Part shown: positions 1 through 9,736 of the stretch, piece by piece
Position numbering within the stretch: the first letter of the stretch is position 1
Layout: each line of letters opens with the position of its first letter
IMG/VR virus record: IMGVR_UViG_3300050166_000039
Coordinates: 18,059 to 82,058 of that record
Reading direction: 5' to 3' (one strand)
Length of the DNA stretch: 64,000 nt
DNA from: a virus
Notes under the pieces: generated by a model
Database searches by the model: none
Told to the model about the DNA's origin: nothing
The model's input: only the letters and a program-made list of their open reading frames with translations
Translations under genes and position numbers: made by a program

Positions 1-34
1 ACACTCGACCAATTTAAAAAATAAGCCTTTAAAT

Positions 35-60
35 AAACATAATACATATACCGAGTATAA
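35..60 (+). promoter_or_regulatory. Phage-type promoter AAAC-N17-TATAA (first of 18 copies)
   Basis: AAAC 35-38, 17-nt spacer, TATAA 56-60, upstream of the ORF at 87; the same spacing recurs at 17 other gene starts. Confidence 0.7.
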
Positions 61-86
61 TAAACCATAAACATATAGTTCTAATA

Positions 87-1214
87 ATGAAGAATCACCA
101 ACCATGGTACGAGACTAATGATGCGGGTTTTTTCCTTCCGGGTCAATATTTTATTGAGAAGTACGATCAACCAATTAAGTATAATGCTAGCATTTCAGGC
201 TGGGATTTCGACCCCGAGAAATTAAAGCAGTGGCTGATTGAAAACGACTTTGAGCTGCTTCATCACCAGGATTTCTATCATAGCAATTCAAAGTGTTCAG
301 AGGAAGCATACATTAAAGAGTTCAAGGTAGAAACCCCTAGCAATGGTATTGGCTGGGGTGTAGTAGTAGTTAAGTTGGATCCTTTAAATCTTGTGAAATT
401 CAAGAAGATGTTGGATGAGGATGATGATTATTTTACAAAGCCAAATGTTTCAATATACGGCGTCGGCGACAAGATTCACTACGACAAAATTTTCAACTAC
501 ATTGAATCTATTTTAAAGAAGCGCAATCATAGAGAGAACAATATTTCACTTGTGGTCAAAAACGCACACGGTTATGACACAGAATACTTTAAGATGCCAA
601 AGCAGCAACTTGACCTGTCGCTTAATTATGGTGAAGGGTTTATGCCAATTCACGATAAGATCTTAAAGAATCTGAATCAGCAAAATGGAAAGGGCCTAGT
701 ACTGCTTCATGGAGAACCAGGCACTGGAAAGACTCACTACTTAAAATACTTAGCCTCTAAGATTAAGGACAAGAAGGTAATGTTCGTAGCGCCTTATATG
801 GTTGATTTTATTACATCACCGGAGATGACACCCTTCTTAATTGAGAACGCAAACAGTGTCCTATTCATTGAGGACGCAGAACGAGTAATAACAGACAGGA
901 ATTTAGACGGTAACGCAGGTGTCTCAAACATCCTAAACTTAACCGACGGAATTTTAGGAGACATCCTGAATATACAGATTGTGGCAACCTTTAACATGGA
1001 CCACAAGAAACTAGACGAGGCCCTGTTACGCAAAGGTAGACTAATCGCCGAGCACCACTTTGATAAATTATCAGTCAAAGATGCAAACACGTTGATTAAG
1101 AAACTAGGTTATAAGGTGATTGTCGATCAGCCAATGACGCTAACAGAAATCTATAACTTAACAGAGGTTGAGTATAAAACACAGAGAAAAGGTAAATCAA
1201 TAGGCTTTAATTAG
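87..1214 (+). CDS. AAA+ family ATPase
   Basis: Walker A GEPGTGKT, Walker B LFIEDAE, SRH-like ATFN...DEALLRKGR. Confidence 0.85.
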   Translation: MKNHQPWYETNDAGFFLPGQYFIEKYDQPIKYNASISGWDFDPEKLKQWLIENDFELLHHQDFYHSNSKCSEEAYIKEFKVETPSNGIGWGVVVVKLDPLNLVKFKKMLDEDDDYFTKPNVSIYGVGDKIHYDKIFNYIESILKKRNHRENNISLVVKNAHGYDTEYFKMPKQQLDLSLNYGEGFMPIHDKILKNLNQQNGKGLVLLHGEPGTGKTHYLKYLASKIKDKKVMFVAPYMVDFITSPEMTPFLIENANSVLFIEDAERVITDRNLDGNAGVSNILNLTDGILGDILNIQIVATFNMDHKKLDEALLRKGRLIAEHHFDKLSVKDANTLIKKLGYKVIVDQPMTLTEIYNLTEVEYKTQRKGKSIGFN

Positions 1215-1215
1215 A

Positions 1216-2493
1216 ATGTTACAGATACACACACTCAGAGATAATCCAGTATGGGTTAAAGATAAATTATTGTTTAGAAATTTCAAGGACGTTCATTTAG
1301 TTGATCAGATTCTCGAGGCTGACGATCGTAGAAGAATAATTCAGATAGATGTTGAGAGAATGCAAGCCAACATCAATGAGGCCTCAAAGCAGATTGGCGT
1401 GCTGGTGGGCTCTAAGAGACTGGTTGAAGCTGAAGTGCTTAAGACGGTGGTTACTTCTACAAAGGAGGACTTGTCTCACGCGATTGATGAAATTAGAGGC
1501 CTGAACTCTGAGATCCATAGATGGATGGTGTTACTACCAAATCTACCCGATATTACAGTAAACTATGGCACTGGTGCAGAGGAGAATGATGTGATCGAGT
1601 ATTCTTCATTGAATCCATTGGGCATCCAGCCGGGTTTAAGACCTCACTGGGAACTGATTGAAGACTATGAGTTGGTGAGTTTTGAACTGGGTTCTAAGAT
1701 TACAGGCAGAGGTTTTCCAGTGTATATTGGGCAAGGCGCCAGACTGCAAAGAGCCTTAACTCAATACTTCTTAGACTTTAACGTAGATGCGGGCTACACT
1801 GAGTACATTCCACCCTTTATGGTAAATGAGGCCTCTGCCTTTGCAACCGGGCAATTACCAGACAAAGATGGGCAAATGTACCACGCCACCGAAGATAACC
1901 TGTTCTTGATTCCAACTGCCGAGGTGCCAGTTACAAACCTATATAGAGATACCTTATTAAAGGAATGGGAACTGCCAATTAAAATGACAGCCCACTCACC
2001 CTGTTTTCGTAGAGAAGCCGGCTCTTTCGGTAAGGAGGTTAGAGGCTTAAACCGGGTGCATCAATTTGAAAAGGTTGAAATCATTCAGATCGTACACTTT
2101 GAAAAGAGCGAAGCTGCATTGAATGAAATGGTTCAGCATGTTAAAAACCTGTTAGAATCATTGGAGTTACCGTATAGAATTCTACGATTATGTAGCGGTG
2201 ATATGGGTTTCACTTCAGCTATTACATATGACTTTGAAGTCTGGAGCGCAGGCCAAGAGAGATGGTTAGAAGTCAGCTCGGTCTCAAACTTTAAGACCTT
2301 TCAAACAAATAGAATGAAATGTAGATTCAAGGACAAGGACGGCAAGAGTCAGTTACCTCACAGCTTAAATGGTAGCTCCTTAGCCTTACCGAGAATCTTC
2401 GCGGCCTTAATAGAGTTAAATCAAACTGAGGTCGGAATCCGGATTCCAGAGAAGTTAAGACCCTATTTTGGAAAAGACCTGATCGTAAAATAA
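1216..2493 (+). CDS. serS: Seryl-tRNA synthetase
   Basis: N-terminal coiled-coil arm, LIPTAEVP, motif 2 CFRREAGSFG..RGLNRVHQFEKVE, EVSSVSN, motif 3 LNGSSLALPR. Confidence 0.95.
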   Translation: MLQIHTLRDNPVWVKDKLLFRNFKDVHLVDQILEADDRRRIIQIDVERMQANINEASKQIGVLVGSKRLVEAEVLKTVVTSTKEDLSHAIDEIRGLNSEIHRWMVLLPNLPDITVNYGTGAEENDVIEYSSLNPLGIQPGLRPHWELIEDYELVSFELGSKITGRGFPVYIGQGARLQRALTQYFLDFNVDAGYTEYIPPFMVNEASAFATGQLPDKDGQMYHATEDNLFLIPTAEVPVTNLYRDTLLKEWELPIKMTAHSPCFRREAGSFGKEVRGLNRVHQFEKVEIIQIVHFEKSEAALNEMVQHVKNLLESLELPYRILRLCSGDMGFTSAITYDFEVWSAGQERWLEVSSVSNFKTFQTNRMKCRFKDKDGKSQLPHSLNGSSLALPRIFAALIELNQTEVGIRIPEKLRPYFGKDLIVK

Positions 2494-2518
2494 ATTAATT
2501 TTTTTTGAAAATAATTAG

Positions 2519-2558
2519 CCCGAGATTTTTTAGTCTCGGGTTTTTTGTTTATATTTAC
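2519..2558 (+). promoter_or_regulatory. Stem-loop plus host-type early promoter cassette
   Basis: CCCGAGA-N8-TCTCGGG hairpin, T-run, then TATATTTAC (Bacteroidota TAnnTTTG-like -7 box); repeated at 7886, 8437, 43036, 49068. Confidence 0.7.
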
Positions 2559-2578
2559 CTATCTTAAATAATCAAGCA

Positions 2579-3235
2579 ATGAAAATAGTTTTAGAGAAAG
2601 ATCAGAGGTTATTTTTTACCAGTGACACCCACTACAACCACACTAATATCTGTTCAGCGACCACTAATTGGGAAAATGAATCAGGTCGAAATGTTAGAGA
2701 TTTCAGCTCCTTAGCGATAATGAACGCTAACCTGATCGATAATATCAATGGGCTGGTTAGAGAGCAGGACATCTTGATTCACTTAGGTGACTGGAGCTTT
2801 GGAGGCTTTGAGTCCATCGCCGCTTTTAGAAATCAAATTGCGTGTAAGACTATTCACTTGGTCTTAGGCAATCACGACCACCACATCAAGAACAACAAGG
2901 AAGGTATTAAAGACTTGTTTGCTAGCGTTAGCGAGTACAGATACTTAACAGTGGTTGAGCAAGCGAAATCTAAACAGGCTCCAGCAACAAAGCACAGATT
3001 TATCTTGAGTCACTACCCAATTGCAAGCTGGCAAGATATGGGTCAAGGTGTAATGCACTTACACGGTCACGTTCACTTGCCAAATCATTTAAGAGTTGGG
3101 CCGGGTAAAATGATGGATGTTGGAGTTGATGGCAATGGGTTAGTGCCTATCAACTTAGAAGAGGTTCTATCAATCTTAGAACCCAGACCTATCAAAGGCT
3201 TATTAAATTTTGACCATCACTTATTAGAAAACTAA
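2579..3235 (+). CDS. Calcineurin-like metallophosphoesterase
   Basis: Motifs SDTH, HLGD, GNHD, SHYP, HGHVH. Confidence 0.9.
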   Translation: MKIVLEKDQRLFFTSDTHYNHTNICSATTNWENESGRNVRDFSSLAIMNANLIDNINGLVREQDILIHLGDWSFGGFESIAAFRNQIACKTIHLVLGNHDHHIKNNKEGIKDLFASVSEYRYLTVVEQAKSKQAPATKHRFILSHYPIASWQDMGQGVMHLHGHVHLPNHLRVGPGKMMDVGVDGNGLVPINLEEVLSILEPRPIKGLLNFDHHLLEN

Positions 3236-3236
3236 G

Positions 3237-3584
3237 ATGAAAATGAAAAAATTAGAAGCATACAAGCGATTGCTAGCGGATACTTTCCAACTACAATTAA
3301 ACGCAGGAGATTTCTTCTACTATGCATGTGCTCAAGCGCTGAACGTAGTTTCAGAGGACGTTTACTGGGTAGTAGAACATATTAGACAATTTGGCGATGA
3401 AGGCTTATACTCAGCAATGGCGTACATTCAAAATCAAGTGCCTATCCTACCATATCAGACCCAGGATTTCGAAGCCGCGATGAAAGTGTTGGTGGATAGA
3501 AAACAAGAGGTTGAAGGGGACATTGATTGGGATTATCACGGGTATAAAAATGATGGACCCTATCGTACCGTGAATGAAGATTAA
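3237..3584 (+). CDS. Hypothetical protein
   Basis: 115-aa ORF tightly packed in operon. Confidence 0.6.
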   Translation: MKMKKLEAYKRLLADTFQLQLNAGDFFYYACAQALNVVSEDVYWVVEHIRQFGDEGLYSAMAYIQNQVPILPYQTQDFEAAMKVLVDRKQEVEGDIDWDYHGYKNDGPYRTVNED

Positions 3585-3614
3585 ACTAAATTGATTAAAC
3601 GTTTATAAGATATA

Positions 3615-3998
3615 ATGAAAGAATTAATATTAGTTAGAGGATTACCTGGCAGTGGCAAGTCAACCTTCGCCTCAATCTTAAGCGGTTGGGTGTTAGAGGC
3701 AGACATGTATTTTATGCAAGATGGAGAGTATCAGTTTGATGCTGATAAACTATCAAAGGCACATGAATGGTGTCAAGCAGAATGCAAGAGATACATGATA
3801 TCTGAAAAGCCTAAAATCATCGTCTCAAACACTTTTACTCGTGAATGGGAAATGAAAGCCTATAAGGAGATGGCATTTCAGTATGGATATAGAGTTCACA
3901 CTGTCATAGTAGAGAACAGACATGGTGGTGTTAACACTCATAACGTGCCTGACGCTACGTTAGGAAACATGTTAAACCGCTTTGAAATCAAATTATGA
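3615..3998 (+). CDS. P-loop kinase (AAA_33 / polynucleotide-kinase-like)
   Basis: RGLPGSGKST Walker A, EADMYF, VSNTF, HNVP. Confidence 0.8.
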   Translation: MKELILVRGLPGSGKSTFASILSGWVLEADMYFMQDGEYQFDADKLSKAHEWCQAECKRYMISEKPKIIVSNTFTREWEMKAYKEMAFQYGYRVHTVIVENRHGGVNTHNVPDATLGNMLNRFEIKL

Positions 3999-4165
3999 TA
4001 GAACTTATAAAGCAGTTATTATCAAAGTGGGGTTGCATGCATCAATGGCATCCATATCATAGAACAAAGGTTTATGATTGGGCACGAAACGATGAAATGC
4101 CTAATAAGATAGAAGAAACTTGGGTATGTATTAAATGTGGTAAAATTAAAAAAGTAGAACTATGA
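3995..4165 (+). CDS. Small Zn-ribbon-like hypothetical protein (56 aa)
   Basis: Read from sequence: MIELIKQLLSKWGCMHQW...CIKCGKIKKVEL; ATGA overlaps with both neighbours. Confidence 0.55.
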   Translation: MIELIKQLLSKWGCMHQWHPYHRTKVYDWARNDEMPNKIEETWVCIKCGKIKKVEL

Positions 4166-4734
4166 TGACCTACTCGGACGACAATATTGGTAATGTAGTG
4201 TATGACTATATAGAACAAGTGATTGTTGACATAATCAAGAATGATGGTCAAACTCACAGAAAGGTGTTTGATGACACGCTTCAGCTATTCATAGCTAATA
4301 GGGTCGACCATCTACAATTTGTGTTTAGAGATTTAAGAGTGAGTAATTATAATCCAATTAATTATTTGCACGTTAAACCTATGCTATTTACTTTTAGTGA
4401 GAACCCGGTGCTACAAACTCTCGAAACAGAAGTTATTAGTACAGTTTACGAAAATCCGCAATTATATCTAGACACTGATATTGAACGAACTAGAGTGAAA
4501 CGCGTAAAGAAAATGGTTGCCACTGGATGGCGAGGCTTTGGATGGGGCGTCAACGTGGATGAATTTACCGAAGTAGAAACAGTAGAAGGAGGTAATGTAT
4601 TAGATCCCGAAGGGCGTTCAAAAATAAAAGCGCTTCTAGGAATAAAGAAGCACATTGTGCCGGAGTTAGGAGCATACCTAAACAGAACGACAATTTTTAT
4701 TAACTCAACTGACTTTAGGCCAAAGAATTTATAA
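4162..4734 (+). CDS. Hypothetical protein
   Basis: 190-aa ORF in operon. Confidence 0.6.
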   Translation: MMTYSDDNIGNVVYDYIEQVIVDIIKNDGQTHRKVFDDTLQLFIANRVDHLQFVFRDLRVSNYNPINYLHVKPMLFTFSENPVLQTLETEVISTVYENPQLYLDTDIERTRVKRVKKMVATGWRGFGWGVNVDEFTEVETVEGGNVLDPEGRSKIKALLGIKKHIVPELGAYLNRTTIFINSTDFRPKNL

Positions 4735-4737
4735 ATA

Positions 4738-5133
4738 ATGGAAAATGATTTTGGAACATACGAGCAAGCATTAGCTTTGAAGGAGTTAGATTACGATGAA
4801 ATGTGTTTTGGGTTCTACCGAAATCCAAGCGTTGAGTTAATGCGTTGTAGAAATAGAGAGGGTTGGATGGGCAATCAGGTTGTTGCTGCTCCGCTAAAAC
4901 AACAAGTATTTAGATGGTTTAGGGAGAAGTATAACCTAGCTGGTCTTATTCATATAGGTAGTCAAGACTTTTCTTTTAGTATAAACAAAGATGGACATAG
5001 AATTAGTCCTCTGAAAGAATATCTTAACTATAATGGAACCTACGAAGAAGCAGAGAATGCTTGTATTGATAAGTTAATTGAATTAGTTAAACAACAAGAA
5101 AATGATTGCATACGGAACATTAAGGATAACTAA
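4738..5133 (+). CDS. Hypothetical phage protein
   Basis: 131-aa ORF, YEQALALKEL...TYEEAE..CIDKLIE. Confidence 0.6.
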   Translation: MENDFGTYEQALALKELDYDEMCFGFYRNPSVELMRCRNREGWMGNQVVAAPLKQQVFRWFREKYNLAGLIHIGSQDFSFSINKDGHRISPLKEYLNYNGTYEEAENACIDKLIELVKQQENDCIRNIKDN

Positions 5134-5302
5134 CTCAGACACTCTAAATAAGTGGAAGTTATCAGGTAAGTATCAGAATCTTATATCAGAGGGTTACATT
5201 TATGCAGAAGGATGTGGAAGATTTAGGTTAGATATATGCGAATGCCATAAATGCAGATACTATAAACGCAAACAACAAGACAATGATACCAATCCTAAAT
5301 AA
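5102..5302 (+). CDS. Hypothetical protein
   Basis: 66-aa ORF with CECHKC. Confidence 0.5.
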   Translation: MIAYGTLRITNSDTLNKWKLSGKYQNLISEGYIYAEGCGRFRLDICECHKCRYYKRKQQDNDTNPK

Positions 5303-5636
5303 AACATATTACTCCTTTGATGATGGTAAGATTAGACCCAATCGAAGAAGTAGAGTTGTAATAAAAGAAATCATCCCATTTAACGAAATTGACCAGGAAA
5401 CCTTATCCAAATGGGAACAGGAAGTAAGTGAGTGCGATTGGCTATATAGAGAAACAACCGACTACTTCATTAAAGCCGAAGCAAATCAAGAAGATATTGG
5501 AATTGATGAAACATTAATCTTTGTTAGATGTAAAAAAGATGGTTGGTTCAGCCTTGGTTTTTGGGCAGGAAGATTAGACATTGATGGGTCACTTAACTAT
5601 TTTTGTGAAGAAAATTTTAAGGAAACACTTAAATAA
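5283..5636 (+). CDS. Hypothetical protein
   Basis: 117-aa ORF in operon. Confidence 0.6.
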   Translation: MIPILNKTYYSFDDGKIRPNRRSRVVIKEIIPFNEIDQETLSKWEQEVSECDWLYRETTDYFIKAEANQEDIGIDETLIFVRCKKDGWFSLGFWAGRLDIDGSLNYFCEENFKETLK

Positions 5637-5650
5637 TAAAGAACATATAA

Positions 5651-5920
5651 ATGATGGAATCACCCATATCAATCTTAATCCTTATTATATTATTAGCAGG
5701 ATGGTTTTTACCAGTACCGCCAGGAATCTTTGGCGCTTTGCTAGATTATTATATTTTTGGTGGTAAAGAAGAAGAGCAAAGAAAAGAAAGACTATTTGAG
5801 CTATTGCAAAAACTTGAAGATGATGGTACTGACATCCATACCGAGATTAAAAAAGCTAGAAAAGGTGAGAGTAAATACATCACAGTGTGTAATGTCCCAC
5901 GTAAAAAAACAATAAAATGA
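5651..5920 (+). CDS. Hypothetical membrane protein
   Basis: N-terminal hydrophobic segment. Confidence 0.55.
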   Translation: MMESPISILILIILLAGWFLPVPPGIFGALLDYYIFGGKEEEQRKERLFELLQKLEDDGTDIHTEIKKARKGESKYITVCNVPRKKTIK

Positions 5921-6195
5921 AAGTAAAATCCGGAATAAAAAACCTAAACTTTTTTAAGCAAAACGCTAAAGAAAATTATATTACAACACCAATCAGTGTA
6001 CTGCGATATATTTCAGAATTAGAAAAGCAATTAAAGTTAGCTTATACAGAAGAAAGGGTTAAAGACCTTTTATTAGCACAAAGAGGCAATTCTTACGTTG
6101 CAGTTTTAACTAAATGTAGAGATGAAGAGATTGCGACAGCAGCCTCATTAGCACCAGAACCTTGGAATTGGAATAATACAGAAAATAAGATATGA
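5917..6195 (+). CDS. Hypothetical protein
   Basis: 92-aa ORF, overlapping start/stop. Confidence 0.55.
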   Translation: MKVKSGIKNLNFFKQNAKENYITTPISVLRYISELEKQLKLAYTEERVKDLLLAQRGNSYVAVLTKCRDEEIATAASLAPEPWNWNNTENKI

Positions 6196-6866
6196 TTTAC
6201 GCGAGTATTGACATCGAAACCACGGGTATCGATAATGAAAACACACAGACTCTCTCAATCGGTATTGTAGTAGAGGACACTGTAAATGTTAAGCCTCTAG
6301 AAGAACTGCCAACGCTAGAGATTGCGATTATTAGAGAACGCATTGAAGGAGAAATCTTCGCCATCAACATGAATCGGCAACTAATCGCCGACATCTTAGA
6401 ATACAGGTTGGCCAGAACCGATGAGGAGCGCAAGGAGATAGAGACTAGAACTGGTCGTGAATATCTTTATGAAGAGGATGTTACTAAGAGAATCTTTAGG
6501 TTCTTGTTTGATGCAGGCGCTTTAGATGGTAAAATGGACCTGACTGGACATGTAGAAGTTGTAAATGGAAAAACATATCCAGCACTAACTTCAAAAATGA
6601 AGCCTTTCTATTTCAATGCAGCCGGTAAGAACTTCGCCAACTTCGATAACAAATTCTTAGAGCGTTTACCAAGATGGAAGCAGTGTCTTAAAGCTAGGGG
6701 TAGAACCCTGGACCCTTCGGTTTTATACGTTGATTGGCAGAGAGATGACTCAGCGCCGGGTCTGGCTAAATGTAAAGAGCGAGCAGGCTTGGGAGATGTG
6801 GTAACGCACAACGCGATCGATGACGCAATGGATATTGTAATGCTGTTTCGTAAATTTTATAATTAA
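6192..6866 (+). CDS. DEDDh 3'-5' exonuclease (DnaQ/oligoribonuclease-like)
   Basis: SIDIETTG (ExoI), GKNFANFD (ExoII), HNAIDDA (ExoIII). Confidence 0.85.
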   Translation: MIYASIDIETTGIDNENTQTLSIGIVVEDTVNVKPLEELPTLEIAIIRERIEGEIFAINMNRQLIADILEYRLARTDEERKEIETRTGREYLYEEDVTKRIFRFLFDAGALDGKMDLTGHVEVVNGKTYPALTSKMKPFYFNAAGKNFANFDNKFLERLPRWKQCLKARGRTLDPSVLYVDWQRDDSAPGLAKCKERAGLGDVVTHNAIDDAMDIVMLFRKFYN

Positions 6867-6869
6867 GAG

Positions 6870-7094
6870 ATGAAAAAGATAGTTTTAATCAGTGCTGTGC
6901 TGCTATCACTCGTAACCATTTCAGTTTCACAGGTCAAAGAGAAGGGAGCAGTGGTCCAGAAATTCGTAGATGAGCAGGACCGGCTTCATGTGGTAGTGAA
7001 GTTCGCAGACGGCACAGTACAGGATAATATAGTGAGCCGACAAGAGTATACATCAACCAAAGAACTTGAGTTCTATTCAACTACTAGAAGATGA
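6870..7094 (+). CDS. Small secreted protein
   Basis: Signal-peptide-like MKKIVLISAVLLSLVTIS. Confidence 0.55.
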   Translation: MKKIVLISAVLLSLVTISVSQVKEKGAVVQKFVDEQDRLHVVVKFADGTVQDNIVSRQEYTSTKELEFYSTTRR

Positions 7095-7516
7095 GAAAAG
7101 AGAATCAAAATTACATGACTGACCAGGAGTTCGAACAGTTTTTACAGAGTATCGGAGGCTTAAAGAATGGCTATTTCGTAGATAGACCGGCAATTTTAAC
7201 CCCAAGATGCGGAGTTGGCAATGGCTGGTATGGAATTGTAAAGCGCTTGATAGAGGACCTGATTGAATTAGGCTGGAACCGAGAGATTTGCCAGATTAAA
7301 GAGAAGTTCGGTGGATTAAGGTTCTACATTAACGAAGGCTCCGAGGACATTTTTAACCGAATACGATTAGCAGAGGACGCTTCATACTTGACATGTGAAG
7401 AATGTGGAGAGCCAGGCACACCAAGAGCCAGTGGCTGGATTACAACCCTTTGTGACGAGCATGCTGAGGGCAGATTACCGCTTGATCACGCTGTATACCG
7501 CTTGAAAATTGATTAA
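7091..7516 (+). CDS. Conserved phage protein with Zn ribbon
   Basis: QIKEKFGGLRFY, TCEECG...TLCDEH. Confidence 0.65.
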   Translation: MRKENQNYMTDQEFEQFLQSIGGLKNGYFVDRPAILTPRCGVGNGWYGIVKRLIEDLIELGWNREICQIKEKFGGLRFYINEGSEDIFNRIRLAEDASYLTCEECGEPGTPRASGWITTLCDEHAEGRLPLDHAVYRLKID

Positions 7517-7534
7517 CACTTAAATAAAAGTAAT

Positions 7535-7867
7535 ATGAAAGTTGGAGTTGTTGGTACTAGATATTTTGAAAATTATGAAACCCTTAAAAATACGCTAGAT
7601 AAGCTGGAAATAACTTGTATTATCAGTGGCGGAGCAAAGGGTGCAGATACTTTAGCGGAGCTGTACGCAAAAAATAATGGCATTAACACTATCATCCACA
7701 AGCCAGACTGGTCCGTCGGTAAAAAAGGAGCCGCGATTAGAAACGCAAAGATAGTAGAAGACAGCGATATTATAGTTGCATTCTGGGACGGAGACTCGAG
7801 AGGCACTAAAATGACAATGGAGATGGCGAAAAAAGCCGGCAAAGGAGTTGTCTGTATTTTATATTAA
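7535..7867 (+). CDS. SLOG-family (DUF2493/YspA-like) protein
   Basis: VVGTR, IISGGAKGADTLA, IRN..IV, FWDGDSRGT. Confidence 0.8.
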   Translation: MKVGVVGTRYFENYETLKNTLDKLEITCIISGGAKGADTLAELYAKNNGINTIIHKPDWSVGKKGAAIRNAKIVEDSDIIVAFWDGDSRGTKMTMEMAKKAGKGVVCILY

Positions 7868-7885
7868 ACTGTTGAAAATAAATGA

Positions 7886-7925
7886 CCCGAGATTTTTTAA
7901 TCTCGGGCTTTTTGCTTATATTTAC
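7886..7925 (+). promoter_or_regulatory. Stem-loop plus early promoter cassette
   Basis: CCCGAGA-N8-TCTCGGG then TATATTTAC 7917-7925. Confidence 0.7.
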
Positions 7926-7949
7926 AATGTAATTAAATAAACAAACATT

Positions 7950-8117
7950 ATGAGCACATTTTCAAAAAGAATAGAAGATTTAAAATCACGAGGATTTAAA
8001 GAAACTAAAGTAGGAATGACAAATGATAAATACGCTTTCCTATGGTATCAAATAGATACAGATGAAATATCTGATAGCGATTGGGAGGATTACCTCTTGA
8101 AATTAATTAACACTTAA
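7950..8117 (+). CDS. Small hypothetical early protein (55 aa)
   Basis: Read from sequence (MSTFSKRIEDLKSRGF...), directly after the promoter cassette. Confidence 0.55.
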   Translation: MSTFSKRIEDLKSRGFKETKVGMTNDKYAFLWYQIDTDEISDSDWEDYLLKLINT

Positions 8118-8129
8118 ACAAAAAACAAT

Positions 8130-8411
8130 ATGAAAAAATTATTAGCAGTATGGATTGTAACGTTAACAATCATGGCGCTTGAGTATAGCTGCACTGAAAA
8201 TCAGAGCGCTAGAAATTATGGTGGAACAGAAACAGTTCAGTTAGAAGAAGGAGTCCGAGTTGTAAATGTAACCTGGAAAGGAGATGAGCAACTTGGTTCT
8301 TTATGGATTCTCACTAAAAAGGACACTACTACTAAGCCTACAACATATTCATTCAAAGAGAAATCAAATTTTGGTGTAATGGAAGGCACTGTAATTATTA
8401 TAGAAAAATAA
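8130..8411 (+). CDS. Putative lipoprotein
   Basis: Signal peptide ending YSC, then TENQSARNYGG. Confidence 0.6.
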   Translation: MKKLLAVWIVTLTIMALEYSCTENQSARNYGGTETVQLEEGVRVVNVTWKGDEQLGSLWILTKKDTTTKPTTYSFKEKSNFGVMEGTVIIIEK

Positions 8412-8436
8412 ATCTAAATTTATTGAAAATAAATAG

Positions 8437-8476
8437 CCCGAGATTTTTTAGTCTCGGGTTTTTTGCTTATATTTAC
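8437..8476 (+). promoter_or_regulatory. Stem-loop plus early promoter cassette
   Basis: CCCGAGA-N8-TCTCGGG then TATATTTAC 8468-8476. Confidence 0.7.
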
Positions 8477-8495
8477 ATATCAGAATTATAGATAG

Positions 8496-9707
8496 ATGGA
8501 ATTAAACAAAGAAATCTTAGACAAGTACGTAGCCGAGGGTTGGTTAAGCCGACAAGTGCACCCAACCCTGCCTCTCAGCATCTACAATTACACACAAGAG
8601 ACCCAATATGAAAAGTATTGGGATTCAATTACTCTTGCTTGTAGAGGCGTGGTGGTCGACCATGAAACCGGAGAAGTGCTTGTTAGACCGTTTCCTAAGT
8701 TCTTTAACTGGGAAGAGGTAGCAGACCGAGTACCAGTGACAGGAGATTATGTCTACGTACAAGAGAAGATGGATGGCTCCTTAGGAATTCTTTTCTATTA
8801 TGATAGGCGCTTAACTCTCGAAGAGAGGTACAATATCTGGTTCAATAACAACGTTGTCTCAGGCATGGAGCGAAACTTTGACCCGACTAAGTTACCTGAC
8901 TTCAACGACCCTTATTACGAGCCAACACCTGTTACAAGAGGTGAGTGGGTAATGGCAACTCGTGGTAGTTTTACCTCAGAGCAAGCTGTAAAGGGTTTAG
9001 CCATCGCCAAGAGACTATTTAATCTTGACGCCTTTAAGAAGTCAGTGACCTATCTATGTGAAATAATCTACCCCGAGAACAGGATAGTAGTTGATTACAG
9101 TGAGGAGAAACTAGTGTTCTTAGGAGCTTCAATTCCGAGGACAGAGTTAAACTGGACCGTAGCCACAACCATTTTTATTGAATCTGAAATTAAGCCCGAG
9201 TATATTGTAAAGACAGAGCAATACTTTCTGTTTGGTGAGGGCATGTACAACGCCTTGAAAGAGAAGAACCTGGAGAACAAGGAGGGTTATGTGTTACGCT
9301 TTCATCCCAGCAATTTCAGGATGAAGATTAAGTTTGAAGACTATATAAAACTTCACAGAGTGTTGACACAGTGCTCATCCTATGATATCTGGGAAAACTT
9401 AAAACAGTTTGATAAACTACCCAACGAGCTATTAGATAACATCCCCGATGAATTCTATAAGTGGGTAGAAGGGTTAGAAATCTCAATTCGTCTTAACTTT
9501 AATAAGATTAAGATAGAGCATGAAGAGATGGTAAAGAAGGCCAGGGAAGAGTTCACTGAGAAGAGAGACTTTGCCCTATGGGTCAACTCACTGAACAAGG
9601 CCGGAATAAATCACAGTCTCTTATTTGCAATCTGGGACGGAAAGGATGCGGCTCCCTATATCTGGCCGATGGTGAAACCAAGATATGAGAAACCATTTCA
9701 GAAATAA
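8496..9707 (+). CDS. RNA ligase, T4 Rnl1-like
   Basis: CRG, RPFPKFFN, motif I EKMDGSLG, ATRGSF, EGYV, KIKF. Confidence 0.85.
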   Translation: MELNKEILDKYVAEGWLSRQVHPTLPLSIYNYTQETQYEKYWDSITLACRGVVVDHETGEVLVRPFPKFFNWEEVADRVPVTGDYVYVQEKMDGSLGILFYYDRRLTLEERYNIWFNNNVVSGMERNFDPTKLPDFNDPYYEPTPVTRGEWVMATRGSFTSEQAVKGLAIAKRLFNLDAFKKSVTYLCEIIYPENRIVVDYSEEKLVFLGASIPRTELNWTVATTIFIESEIKPEYIVKTEQYFLFGEGMYNALKEKNLENKEGYVLRFHPSNFRMKIKFEDYIKLHRVLTQCSSYDIWENLKQFDKLPNELLDNIPDEFYKWVEGLEISIRLNFNKIKIEHEEMVKKAREEFTEKRDFALWVNSLNKAGINHSLLFAIWDGKDAAPYIWPMVKPRYEKPFQK

Positions 9708-9736
9708 GCATATAATAAAGAAAAATAGAGGTTACT

